A stretch of 64,000 nt of DNA, from IMG/VR virus record IMGVR_UViG_3300026116_000035. One strand, 5' to 3'. Below are positions 48,666-58,483 of this stretch, piece after piece (the stretch's first letter is position 1; every line of letters starts with the position of its first letter). Source of the stretch: a virus (Duplodnaviria; Caudoviricetes). Under the pieces are notes generated by a model. That model saw nothing but the letters and a program-made list of their open reading frames with translations. It was not told the DNA's origin and made no database searches. A program made the position numbers and the translations under genes.

Positions 48666-48770
48666 TTGTTTGGGTATCAATATAGTGCTAAATTAACTCC
48701 CGAGGAAAGACAAAGAATTATTAATTCAATCATTAAAAATATTAAAAAATCAAGATATATTTGTTATTAA
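48666..48770 (+). CDS. 34-aa small basic protein (not in the track)
   Basis: SD AAGGA 5 nt before TTG; MFGYQYSAKLTPEERQRIINSIIKNIKKSRYICY; its TAA forms part of the next gene's SD. Confidence 0.4.
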   Translation: MFGYQYSAKLTPEERQRIINSIIKNIKKSRYICY

Positions 48771-48776
48771 GGAAAT

Positions 48777-50357
48777 ATGGAACCGTTAATTGCTGCATTT
48801 TTTTCTCATGATTCTTCTATTTGTATAAGAGATACTAATGGAAAATTTACAATATTTGAATTTGAACGTTTATTAAAAGAGCGTTTTGTTAAATTAACTG
48901 GAAGAAAAGATTTAAAGAATATTTTAATTAATCTTAAAGAAATAATAAAAAAAGATTATAATATTGAATCATTTAATATTTGTTATCATTTAGGGTTGAC
49001 CGAAGAAGAAAAAATAATATTAAATGAAGTATGGGGTATTTCGGATTTTCATGAAACTGGCCATCATTTATCACATGCTTCTTGTGCTTATTATCAAGCT
49101 CCATTTAATGAATGTTTAGTAATGTCATATGATGGTGGTGGATATGATGGCGGTTTTGAAGATGAAAGAATTGGCTATTTTAATGTTTATTATGTAAATG
49201 ATGGTATTTTTAAAAAGATAAATCATATAAAGTATGATTTAGGTACGGCTTATGGTTTATCAGCTATTCCTATAAGTGAAGTTCAAAAAACAGAAGAAAA
49301 TTGGGAAGAACGCTTTTTATCATTTAGTGGTAAAATGATGGGTTTAGTTGGATACGGTTCTGTTAGAGAAGAATGGCTAATTCCATTTAAGAATTTTTAT
49401 AAAGAGCATAAGCATGTTTCTTTAATTGATTTAAATAAAAGTTTAGCTCCATCTATTAATTTACCTTTAAATATTAATAGTTTAAGTGGACAAGATAGTT
49501 ATGATTTTGCAGCTACTTCACAGAGAGCATTTGAAGAAGTAATATATAAAGAAATTATTCATTTAATAAATTGTTATAAATTACCCATATGCTTAACAGG
49601 TGGCTGTGCATTAAATGTAATATTAAATCAAAAATTAAGTGATTTGTTAGGTAATGATAAAGTATTTATTCCACCAAATCCAAGTGATTGTGGATTAACT
49701 TTTGGAATGCTTGCTTATAAAACATCTCCGCAAAATGCTATAAATTTAATGTATGACGGATTTCCTATATTAGATATTGATGAATTATCTAAATATGTAA
49801 AAAAATATAATGCTAAAAAAATAAAATTACCTGAATTAGCCAAATTATTATATGATGGTAAAATTATTGGATTAATGAGAGGAAAATCTGAAGTAGGACC
49901 GAGGGCTTTAGGAAATCGAAGCATTTTATGTGACCCTTCTTATTCAGATATGAAAGATACATTAAATCATAAAATTAAATTTAGAGAATGGTTTAGGCCA
50001 TTTGCCCCAATATCTAAATTAGAAAATGCCAATAAATATTTTGAATTTAATGGTGACGCTTCTTTTATGTCTTTTTCTCCTAAAGTTAGAAAAGAATATT
50101 TAGGTAAAATACCAGCTGTAGTTCATAAGGATAATACAGCTAGATTGCAAACCATCTCTGAAAAGCAAAATAAATACATATATGATTTATTAACTGAATT
50201 TGAAAATTTGCGTGGCATTGGGTGTTTATTAAATACTTCTTTTAATATAAAAGGAAAGCCAATATTAACTACGATTAAAGATGCAATTGAAGTATTGGAA
50301 ACTACACAAATAGATGCTGTGATTATTGAAGATTATTTATTTGAAAGAATTAAATGA
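48777..50357 (+). CDS. O-carbamoyltransferase (NodU/CmcH/TobZ family)
   Basis: HDSSICI; HHLSHA; SYDGGG; GKMMGL; TGGCALN; PPNPSDCG; SEVGPRALGNRSIL; KFREWFRPFAP; LLNTSFN. Confidence 0.95.
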   Translation: MEPLIAAFFSHDSSICIRDTNGKFTIFEFERLLKERFVKLTGRKDLKNILINLKEIIKKDYNIESFNICYHLGLTEEEKIILNEVWGISDFHETGHHLSHASCAYYQAPFNECLVMSYDGGGYDGGFEDERIGYFNVYYVNDGIFKKINHIKYDLGTAYGLSAIPISEVQKTEENWEERFLSFSGKMMGLVGYGSVREEWLIPFKNFYKEHKHVSLIDLNKSLAPSINLPLNINSLSGQDSYDFAATSQRAFEEVIYKEIIHLINCYKLPICLTGGCALNVILNQKLSDLLGNDKVFIPPNPSDCGLTFGMLAYKTSPQNAINLMYDGFPILDIDELSKYVKKYNAKKIKLPELAKLLYDGKIIGLMRGKSEVGPRALGNRSILCDPSYSDMKDTLNHKIKFREWFRPFAPISKLENANKYFEFNGDASFMSFSPKVRKEYLGKIPAVVHKDNTARLQTISEKQNKYIYDLLTEFENLRGIGCLLNTSFNIKGKPILTTIKDAIEVLETTQIDAVIIEDYLFERIK

Positions 50358-51121
50358 AAGACATACAATTTACTTTTGGAATAATTACACAATCTACTAC
50401 AGAGGCGTCTGAACATTTAAAATTATCCATTAATTCTATTATTAATTTAAATATTCCCGAATATCAAATTATTATTATAGGAGATGGATTTAATTTAAAA
50501 AATGATAATTTTTTATTATCACTTAATAATATTAAAATAATAGACTTTGATTATACAATTAAAAAAGATTGGATAACAAGAAAGAAAAATTTAATTACAC
50601 AAAATGCTAAATATGAAAATATAGTTTACCAACATGATTATATTTCTTATGAACAAGATTGGTATGAAGGCTTTAAAGTATATGGTGATGATTTTAAAGC
50701 TTGTATGACTAAGATATTAAATAATGATAATACGCGTTTTAGGGATTGGGTATTATTCCCTTGGCATCATTGTTACGGTGAGAATTATATTAAAAAGGCT
50801 AAAGAATTGTGGGAATTTGCTAATATTCAAAATAATGAAAGTATGATTCCTTATAATGAAACGCGATTTAGTAGATTTCAATATTTTTCAGGATCTTACT
50901 GGGTAGCTAAAAAACAAATAATGTTAGAAATACCTTTAGATGAAGGATTAGTTTGGGGGCAGGGGGAGGATTGTGTATGGTCATCTCAATTTAGCTCAAA
51001 ATATAATTTTAGTATGAATGCAAATTCTACGGTTAAACTATTAAAATGGAAACAAGATGCATTTAGTATAATTCGTCCAGAATGCTATGAAAAAGCCATT
51101 AAATACATTGAAAATAGCTAA
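50354..51121 (+). CDS. GT-A fold glycosyltransferase (GT2-like)
   Basis: FTFGIIT; WITRKKNLITQNAKYENIVYQHDY; GQGEDCVWS. Confidence 0.7.
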   Translation: MKDIQFTFGIITQSTTEASEHLKLSINSIINLNIPEYQIIIIGDGFNLKNDNFLLSLNNIKIIDFDYTIKKDWITRKKNLITQNAKYENIVYQHDYISYEQDWYEGFKVYGDDFKACMTKILNNDNTRFRDWVLFPWHHCYGENYIKKAKELWEFANIQNNESMIPYNETRFSRFQYFSGSYWVAKKQIMLEIPLDEGLVWGQGEDCVWSSQFSSKYNFSMNANSTVKLLKWKQDAFSIIRPECYEKAIKYIENS

Positions 51122-51138
51122 TATTGTTATATTAAGAT

Positions 51139-51945
51139 ATGGTTAAAAAAGTTGTAGTTTCCATACCTGTTCATGAAGAACCGTTAGTAGTAGCAGATCA
51201 TTTAAGAAATATTAAAAAATTTGTACCTGATTCATTTGTAGTTCTTCATGCTTCGGCGGATAGTCCAAGTCCATTTAAAAACATATTGAATGATATGTCT
51301 AAAAATGAATTTGATGGATTTATGTATGTTAATGATATTTCTTATCATACCCATGCACCGAATGAAGCTGGATCTGTTTATGGATTAAGTACAGTACATT
51401 CATCTAATTTTCAATTTGCAAATAAAGTAATTTCAGATTTTGATGTTTTTGCTTTAGAAACATCAAATGACATGTTTGTAAGAAAAGGTGTTGAACGACT
51501 TTGGAATAACTTTAAATGTGGATGTGGTGCTAGAAAAAATGATTTATCCGCTTATAGAAATGTTCGCGAAAAAGAAGTGATTGATATACTTAATATTGTT
51601 ATACCATTAAAAACTATTGAAATTCATGCTCAGGAGGGAACATTTTATCCCAAAGAAGTGTTTAGTGAAATTTCAAATATTATATTAAATAAGCTTGGTG
51701 GATTTATTGCACATGAAGAATTAGTACTTCATACATTGGCATTTAATTTATTTCCTGAATTATATGATAGTAATTGTGGTGAGGGATATATGTTTCATAA
51801 TGCAACTCATTATGCCACTACTAATGAAGATATTTTAAAAGTTAAAAATGGAATATTAAATAATAAATATGCCGTTAAAAGAGTTCCTAGAAGGATAAAT
51901 GATCCTTGTAGAATTTTTGTTAATAAGGTTAATGAAAATGAATAA
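51139..51945 (+). CDS. Hypothetical protein, possibly GT-A-like
   Basis: VVVSIPVHE...FVVLHAS and TSNDMFVR suggest a Rossmann-like GT-A fold; family not recognised. Confidence 0.45.
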   Translation: MVKKVVVSIPVHEEPLVVADHLRNIKKFVPDSFVVLHASADSPSPFKNILNDMSKNEFDGFMYVNDISYHTHAPNEAGSVYGLSTVHSSNFQFANKVISDFDVFALETSNDMFVRKGVERLWNNFKCGCGARKNDLSAYRNVREKEVIDILNIVIPLKTIEIHAQEGTFYPKEVFSEISNIILNKLGGFIAHEELVLHTLAFNLFPELYDSNCGEGYMFHNATHYATTNEDILKVKNGILNNKYAVKRVPRRINDPCRIFVNKVNENE

Positions 51946-52297
51946 AAGACCTTATACACTTATTATAGATATAGATGGAACATTAATTAAACATTCTGGT
52001 GATATTTGTCATCAATATACAGAAGAAATTGAAATTTTGCCAGGTGTTATTGAAAAATGGAAAGAATTTGATATTGCAGGTCATAATATAATATTAATAA
52101 CTGGAAGAAGAGAAAGTAATAGAAAATTTATTGAAGAAAAATTACAAGATGCAGGATTGTTTTGGGATCAATTAATAATGGGTGTCGGGGGAGGAAATCG
52201 GATTTTAATTAATGATCTAAAACCTTTAAGTGAAGAACCTACAGCAATAGCTATAAATGTAAGACGAAATACAGGATTAAAGGATATAAAAATATGA
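51932..52297 (+). CDS. Small HAD-superfamily phosphatase
   Basis: Motif I DIDGT; motif II ITGR; IND at motif IV. Confidence 0.8.
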   Translation: MKMNKRPYTLIIDIDGTLIKHSGDICHQYTEEIEILPGVIEKWKEFDIAGHNIILITGRRESNRKFIEEKLQDAGLFWDQLIMGVGGGNRILINDLKPLSEEPTAIAINVRRNTGLKDIKI

Positions 52298-52635
52298 AAT
52301 TTGTAGAAAAACCTTGGGGTTCTGAAAAAATCATTATATTAAATAATATTGTATTAAAAGAATTATTTATGAAGGCCGGTTGTAAATGTAGTTTACAATA
52401 TCATAATTTTAAAAATGAAATTATCAGAGTTTTAAGTGGTAAATTAAAATTATCTTATTCACCAAATAAAGAAACATCATTAATTAATTTAGAATTATCG
52501 CCTGGTGATAGTTTTGCTATTGAACACGGAATTATACATAGAATGGAGGCTATTGAAGACTCAATTTATATTGAAGCATCATCTAATGAATTAGATGATG
52601 TTATTCGACTTGAGGATTCATATGGCCGAGTATAA
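52294..52635 (+). CDS. Cupin protein (mannose-6-phosphate isomerase type II-like)
   Basis: EKPWG; CSLQYH...E; GDSFAIEHGIIHRM. Confidence 0.85.
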   Translation: MKFVEKPWGSEKIIILNNIVLKELFMKAGCKCSLQYHNFKNEIIRVLSGKLKLSYSPNKETSLINLELSPGDSFAIEHGIIHRMEAIEDSIYIEASSNELDDVIRLEDSYGRV

Positions 52636-54187
52636 AGTTCTTTTAACAGCCTCCGGTATTGGTCAAAGACTCGGCGATTTAACTAAATATACTAATAAAT
52701 CTTTAGTTAAAATTGGTAAAAAACCAGCTATAAGCTATATAATCGAACGATATCCAGATGATGTAGAAATTATTGTTACATTAGGTTATTTCGGAAATCA
52801 AGTAAAAGAATTTTTAACATTAGCTTATCCTGAAAAAAAGTTTAATTTTATTAATGTTGATAAATATGAAGGTTACGGCAGTAGTTTATTATATTCAATG
52901 TTATGTGCAAAAGACGAATTACAATGTCCATTTATATTTCATGCTTGTGATTCTATTATTTTAGATGAACCTATTCCATCATTAGAAGATAATTGGCTTG
53001 GCGGGTATAATAAAACTGATAGTGCTCAATATAGAACATTTAATATTGAAAATGAATTTGTTAAAAAAATCAATGAAAAAGGTGAAATGTCCTATGATTT
53101 TGAATACATAGGCGTTTGTGGTATAAAGGATTTTGATTTATTCTGGAAAACAGCTGAAAAAATTTATTTTAATTATTCAGAAGACAGTTCATTATCTGAT
53201 TGTCATATATTTAAATTTATGATTAAAAAAATAATATTTAAATACTACATATTTAATTCATGGTTAGATATTGGAAATATTTATTCTTTAAAGAAAGCGC
53301 GAGAATTTATTTATGATAAATTTGAAATTTTAGATAAATTAGATGAATCAATTTTTATAATTAATAATTTTGTTATTAAATTTTTTTATGATGTTAATAT
53401 AGTTAAAAATCGCGTTATTCGTGGTGAAAGTTTACTTCCAAACGTTCCTAAAATAACAGGATCAACAAATCATTTTTATAAATATGATTATGTTGAAGGT
53501 AAATTATTTTCTAAATCAGTTAATGAAGTTAAATTTAAACAATTTTTAGAATGGGCTAATAAAGAAATATGGTCAAATAAAATTATAGAAAATTTTAAAG
53601 AAAGCTGCTTTGATTTTTATATTACGAAAACTTATAATAGAGTGAATAAATTTTTAATAAATAATAATATTATTGATAAACAAGATTGCATTAATGGAAT
53701 TTTAGTACCGTCTATTGCTGATTTAATGAAATTAGTAAAAGAATATAATATCATTGACGGAATACCAGTTAATTTTCATGGAGATTTTATTTTGGATAAT
53801 ATTATTGAAACTGATGATGGATTTATGCTTTTAGATTGGCGACAAGATTTTTCAGGAAAAACTTCTGGCGGAGATTTATTTTATGATTTAGCCAAATTAA
53901 ATCATAATCTTACAGTGAATCATGATGTAATTAATAAAAATTTATTCGAAATACATGTAAATAAAGACAATTCTATTAATTGTGATATTTTAATTAATTA
54001 TAAATTAGTTGAATGTAATAAAATTCTTAAAGAATTTATTAAAAATAATAAATATGATTATAAAAAAATACAAATAATTACAGGATTAATTTGGATTAAT
54101 ATGAGCCCCTTACATCATTATCCATTTGATCAATTTTTATTTTATTTTGGTAAATATAATTTATTTAAAGCTTTAGGAATGGAATGA
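52622..54187 (+). CDS. Nucleotidyltransferase fused to an APH/choline-kinase-like phosphotransferase
   Basis: N-term LLTASGIGQRLGDLTKYTNKSL; C-term HGDFILDNI, LLDWR, YDLAKL. Start at ATG 52622. Confidence 0.85.
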   Translation: MAEYKVLLTASGIGQRLGDLTKYTNKSLVKIGKKPAISYIIERYPDDVEIIVTLGYFGNQVKEFLTLAYPEKKFNFINVDKYEGYGSSLLYSMLCAKDELQCPFIFHACDSIILDEPIPSLEDNWLGGYNKTDSAQYRTFNIENEFVKKINEKGEMSYDFEYIGVCGIKDFDLFWKTAEKIYFNYSEDSSLSDCHIFKFMIKKIIFKYYIFNSWLDIGNIYSLKKAREFIYDKFEILDKLDESIFIINNFVIKFFYDVNIVKNRVIRGESLLPNVPKITGSTNHFYKYDYVEGKLFSKSVNEVKFKQFLEWANKEIWSNKIIENFKESCFDFYITKTYNRVNKFLINNNIIDKQDCINGILVPSIADLMKLVKEYNIIDGIPVNFHGDFILDNIIETDDGFMLLDWRQDFSGKTSGGDLFYDLAKLNHNLTVNHDVINKNLFEIHVNKDNSINCDILINYKLVECNKILKEFIKNNKYDYKKIQIITGLIWINMSPLHHYPFDQFLFYFGKYNLFKALGME

Positions 54188-55191
54188 ATAGAAATGGTTT
54201 AAAAGAAATTAAATTATATGTCGGTCCAATGACAAAAAATGTTGTTGATGCAGTTATTGAATTTGCGAATAAATTTAATATTAAAATAGGGTTTATTCCA
54301 TCTAGAAGGCAAATCGAATTTGATCAATCTGGATATGTTAATAATTGGACCACCAGAACTTTTATGCAATATATTAGGTCAAAAACCAATTTAATAGGTT
54401 TAGAAAGAGATCATGGTGGTCCTAATCAAGGTTTAACTAATGATGATGGATTTGCTAGTTTATTTCAGGATACTCAGAATTTTGATATTGTTCATATTGA
54501 TGTTTGGAAAAAATATCCCAATTTTGATGATGGTGTTAAAAAAACTATAGAATATATTAAATATTGCCATAATGTAAATCATCTTACTTTGTTTGAAGTT
54601 GGTACTGAGCAAAGTATTAGGCCATTTAATTTATTCGAATTAGATAATTTTTTATTTGAACTCCAGCATAATTTAACTAATGAAGAATTTAGTAAAATAC
54701 TTTATTGTGTTATTCAATCTGGCACTTCTTTAAAAGGAACAATTAATACTGGAAAATATGATTCTGTAAAATTAAAAGATATGTGCTATATTGTAAATAA
54801 ATATAATATATTATCTAAAGAACATAATTCCGATTTTGTTGATATAAATGAAATATATGATAGATATAATAATGGATTAAATGCTATTAATATTGCTCCA
54901 GAATTTGGACAGATTGAAACTAATTGCATTTTGGAATTAATTAATAATAATGCTTATTTATTAAATATATTTTATACAATATGTCTAAATTCTAATCGAT
55001 GGGTTAAATGGGTAGCTTCAAATTTTAAGCCTGAAGATAATAAAATTGAATTAATTAAAATCTGTGGACATTATGTATTATCTGATCCGAAAATGAAAGA
55101 AATTATAAGTAAATTTCCTGAATTGTCTGATTTAGTCAAACAAGGTGTATTTGAAAAGTTATATAGTATATTAACTCCAAGGATATCATGA
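54184..55191 (+). CDS. TIM-barrel protein resembling the GatZ/KbaZ/UxaE ketose epimerase family
   Basis: IPSRRQIE...GY; LERDHGGP; YCVIQSGT; KEHNSD; INIAPEFG. Confidence 0.55.
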   Translation: MNRNGLKEIKLYVGPMTKNVVDAVIEFANKFNIKIGFIPSRRQIEFDQSGYVNNWTTRTFMQYIRSKTNLIGLERDHGGPNQGLTNDDGFASLFQDTQNFDIVHIDVWKKYPNFDDGVKKTIEYIKYCHNVNHLTLFEVGTEQSIRPFNLFELDNFLFELQHNLTNEEFSKILYCVIQSGTSLKGTINTGKYDSVKLKDMCYIVNKYNILSKEHNSDFVDINEIYDRYNNGLNAINIAPEFGQIETNCILELINNNAYLLNIFYTICLNSNRWVKWVASNFKPEDNKIELIKICGHYVLSDPKMKEIISKFPELSDLVKQGVFEKLYSILTPRIS

Positions 55192-55820
55192 TAAAAGGAA
55201 TTTTATACGATTTAGATAATACTTTATGTTATTGTGCTGATTGGCATAAATTAGCCTTAAATAAAGCATTAAAAGAAATATGTGGATTTGAAATTTCAGA
55301 AGATGAACATATTTCTACATTTAATGGATTACCAACCAAAAAGAAATTAGATTTATTAATTAATCAAAGACGAATTAAAATAAATGATTATGATTTAATT
55401 TCTCAAAAAAAACAAGAATATACAAAAGATATAATTTTTGAAGAAGCAATTGTAGACCCAATAAAAGTTAAATTACATCGGCAAAATAAATTAAATGGAT
55501 TAAAATCAGCATGTGTTACTAATAGTATTACTGAAACAGCAGCATTAATTTTAGAGAAAACTGGACAATTACAATATATGGATTTTTTAATTTCTAATGA
55601 AGTAGTTAAATATCCTAAACCGCACGGAGAAGGATATATTATCTCTATGATTAAATTAGGAATTTATCCTTCTGAAACTCTTATCGTAGAAGATAGTCCT
55701 GTTGGAATTCAAGCTGCAAAATCTACTGGAGCTCATGTCTGGGAAGTTAAAGATTCTATTGAAGTTACTTATGAAAATTTCCAGCAATTTATAAGTTCAA
55801 TAAATATAAGAAAGGTATAA
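55188..55820 (+). CDS. HAD phosphatase (beta-phosphoglucomutase-like)
   Basis: YDLDNTL; VTNS; YPKPHGEGY; IVEDSPVG. Confidence 0.9.
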   Translation: MIKGILYDLDNTLCYCADWHKLALNKALKEICGFEISEDEHISTFNGLPTKKKLDLLINQRRIKINDYDLISQKKQEYTKDIIFEEAIVDPIKVKLHRQNKLNGLKSACVTNSITETAALILEKTGQLQYMDFLISNEVVKYPKPHGEGYIISMIKLGIYPSETLIVEDSPVGIQAAKSTGAHVWEVKDSIEVTYENFQQFISSINIRKV

Positions 55821-56546
55821 ATGGCTTTAAATATTTTGGTGCCTATGGGTGGAAAGGGCCGGAGGTTCGCAAATCTTGGGTACACATTCCCTAAACCATT
55901 AATAGAAGTTCAAGGTAAACCTATGATTCAAGTTGTTGTTGAAAATTTGAATTTAGATGGAAAGTATATATTTTTGGTTTCTAGAGAACATTATACAAAA
56001 TATGCTTTAAATTATTTATTACCATTAATAACAAAACCATATCAATGTGAAATTATTATTGAAGAACCTCCTATTTATGGAGCAGCTTATGCTTGTCTTT
56101 TAGCCAAACATTTAATAAATAATGATGATAATTTACTTATAGCTAATTCTGATCAATGGATAGATTATGATCCGGAAAGTTTTTTAAAATCAGTTAAAAA
56201 TGTTGATGGAGCTATTTTAACATTTTATGGTACACATCCTAAATGGAGTTTTAGTAAAATTAATGAAGAAACTGGTTTTATTTCCGAAGTGGCAGAAAAA
56301 CAACCAATTAGCACAAATGCCAATACAGGAATATATTATTGGAATAAAGGTAGCGATTTTATTTCATCAGTAGAAGAAATGATTGCTGATGAATTTAAAG
56401 TGAACAATGAATATTATGTAGCTCCTTCTTATAATTATTTAATTAATAAAGGTAAAAAAATAATTAATTATCCAGTTAAACAAATGTTTGGAATTGGAAC
56501 TCCAGAAGATTTACAAAATTTTTTGCAATTAAATATTAAGGTTTAA
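55821..56546 (+). CDS. Sugar-phosphate nucleotidyltransferase
   Basis: ILVPMGGKGRRF...PKPLIEV; ANSDQ; HPKWSF; AEKQPIS; EYYVAPSYN; GTPEDL. Confidence 0.9.
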   Translation: MALNILVPMGGKGRRFANLGYTFPKPLIEVQGKPMIQVVVENLNLDGKYIFLVSREHYTKYALNYLLPLITKPYQCEIIIEEPPIYGAAYACLLAKHLINNDDNLLIANSDQWIDYDPESFLKSVKNVDGAILTFYGTHPKWSFSKINEETGFISEVAEKQPISTNANTGIYYWNKGSDFISSVEEMIADEFKVNNEYYVAPSYNYLINKGKKIINYPVKQMFGIGTPEDLQNFLQLNIKV

Positions 56547-56549
56547 TAA

Positions 56550-57215
56550 ATGTTGATATTGACACGAACAGCTTGTTTAGGTGGGGAAGTTATAAATTAT
56601 AAAATTGGTGGAAATCATGATTTTTATAATCAGCAAAAAGTTAGAGTTGATATGTTTAATGAAGTTGTAAGTGGGAATACAATTAAACCTAAAAAATCTG
56701 AAATATTACCTTGGTTAGCTGATGCATCTGATACTGGTGGAGTTTATTCACAATCAGAAGAATTTAGATGGTTTACTATTAATAGTAAACCAAACTATTT
56801 AATTATGGATAATTATTCCGAACTTGTTGATAAACAAATAATTCATAAAGATGGTTGGTCTTTTTGTGGTGTTTATGGTGATTTTAAACATGAGGCATTT
56901 ACAAGTAGTACTTTTATTGATGGCAGTCTTTTACCTCTTGATAAGATTTATGATTCTTATGATAATTTTTTCCAATTTGTAAAAAACAAATGGAATATTC
57001 CTATTATTTTTATTCATTTTCCTACAATTTTTGATCATAGAGAAATGTATATAAATCAGGGAATAGCAATAACTGATGCTTTAAATATACTTGCTCCTAA
57101 ATATAATATACAAAATATTCATGCAGACTTATCAGAAATAGAAAAACAAGATAGTAATTATTATCATTTTACAAAAAGAACATTTAAAAACTTGGCTGAT
57201 AAGATTATTATTTAA
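56550..57215 (+). CDS. Hypothetical protein, possibly SGNH-like
   Basis: YLIMDNYSELVD and the terminal DSNYYHF resemble SGNH-type D-x-x-H regions; weak. Confidence 0.4.
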   Translation: MLILTRTACLGGEVINYKIGGNHDFYNQQKVRVDMFNEVVSGNTIKPKKSEILPWLADASDTGGVYSQSEEFRWFTINSKPNYLIMDNYSELVDKQIIHKDGWSFCGVYGDFKHEAFTSSTFIDGSLLPLDKIYDSYDNFFQFVKNKWNIPIIFIHFPTIFDHREMYINQGIAITDALNILAPKYNIQNIHADLSEIEKQDSNYYHFTKRTFKNLADKIII

Positions 57216-57231
57216 TATAAGGTAAATTTAA

Positions 57232-57921
57232 ATGTTAAAATATAATGATTTAATAAATATAATGAATGAAACTGAATATAAATTAGTTCCATTTTATAAA
57301 GGATTACGTATGGAAACTCATATGAATCCTGTTTCTATTGCCGAACCAGAATTTAATTTTATTTATGATTTTATTTTAAACAATAAATTAAAAAAAGGTT
57401 ATGAAGTTGCTACTGCTTTTGGTATTTCAATGTTGGCGGCAGGATTAGCGTTTAAAGAAACAAATGGTAAATTAGTTACAATGGATGCTTATATAGAAGA
57501 GCAATTTAATAGTTGCTCTTCATATGATGAAAAACACACAATTACTTATCAAAATTCAGATGGATTTAAAACTGCCACTAAATTAATTGAAATATTTAAA
57601 TTAGAAAATACAGCATCATTAAATGTAGGATTTAGTCCAACAGACACTTTTAATGTAATTAAAAATACATTCGATAATGAAAAATTAGATTATGTTTTTA
57701 TAGATGCTTTACATACAGAAGAAGCGGTAATAAAAGATATTGAAGCAGTATTACCATTTTTAGATGAAAAATTTGTTTTATTTTTGCATGATGTACATTG
57801 TTTTGAATCTGGTAAAGTTCAAAATTATGTTTACGAAAAATTTGGAACCGCTTGGACTGTAGCTAAAGGTTGTGAACATCCTGGCGAAGGTTACAATTTA
57901 TCTTATATAAATAAATTATAA
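57232..57921 (+). CDS. Class I SAM-dependent methyltransferase (Methyltransf_24-like)
   Basis: YEVATAFGIS; LDYVFIDALHTEEAVIKD; LFLHD. Confidence 0.85.
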   Translation: MLKYNDLINIMNETEYKLVPFYKGLRMETHMNPVSIAEPEFNFIYDFILNNKLKKGYEVATAFGISMLAAGLAFKETNGKLVTMDAYIEEQFNSCSSYDEKHTITYQNSDGFKTATKLIEIFKLENTASLNVGFSPTDTFNVIKNTFDNEKLDYVFIDALHTEEAVIKDIEAVLPFLDEKFVLFLHDVHCFESGKVQNYVYEKFGTAWTVAKGCEHPGEGYNLSYINKL

Positions 57922-57983
57922 TTTAATATTTAAATAAAATATAAAATGTTCGATAAGAATTTGATAATCACATATTTAATTAT

Positions 57984-58448
57984 ATGAATAAAGTTCTGAT
58001 CTGTCACAAAGGTAACATCGCTGGACCAAATCCATTAAGAGAAAATCAGCCAGAATATTTAAAAGAAGCTTTAAATTTAGGTTTTCATGTAGAGACTGAT
58101 GTTTGGTTATTAAATAATACATTTTATTTGGGTCATGATAGGCCAGAATATATAATAAATTTTGAATTTTTATTGAATGAAAAAGTTTGGGCTCATTGTA
58201 AAAATTTAGCAGCTTTAGATGCTTTAATATTAGAACCTGATGCTAATTGTTTTTTTCATGATAAAGATGATTTCACTTTAACTAGTAAATGTTATATATG
58301 GACATATCCGAGAAATTTGAGATTAACTTCAAATTCAATAGCTGTTTTGCCTGAAAAAGTTAAGAATTGGAATTTAAAAGGTTGTCATGGAATTTGTACG
58401 GATTATGTTTTAAGTTATCAACGTTGGGATGAAGAAGGTAAAATATAA
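57984..58448 (+). CDS. GDPD-like phosphodiesterase-fold protein
   Basis: ICHKGN...ENQPEY; VETDVW; LGHD; WAHCKN; FFHDKDD; ICTDY. Confidence 0.7.
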   Translation: MNKVLICHKGNIAGPNPLRENQPEYLKEALNLGFHVETDVWLLNNTFYLGHDRPEYIINFEFLLNEKVWAHCKNLAALDALILEPDANCFFHDKDDFTLTSKCYIWTYPRNLRLTSNSIAVLPEKVKNWNLKGCHGICTDYVLSYQRWDEEGKI

Positions 58449-58483
58449 AATAATTTAATATTATTTATATACATAAGGATTAA

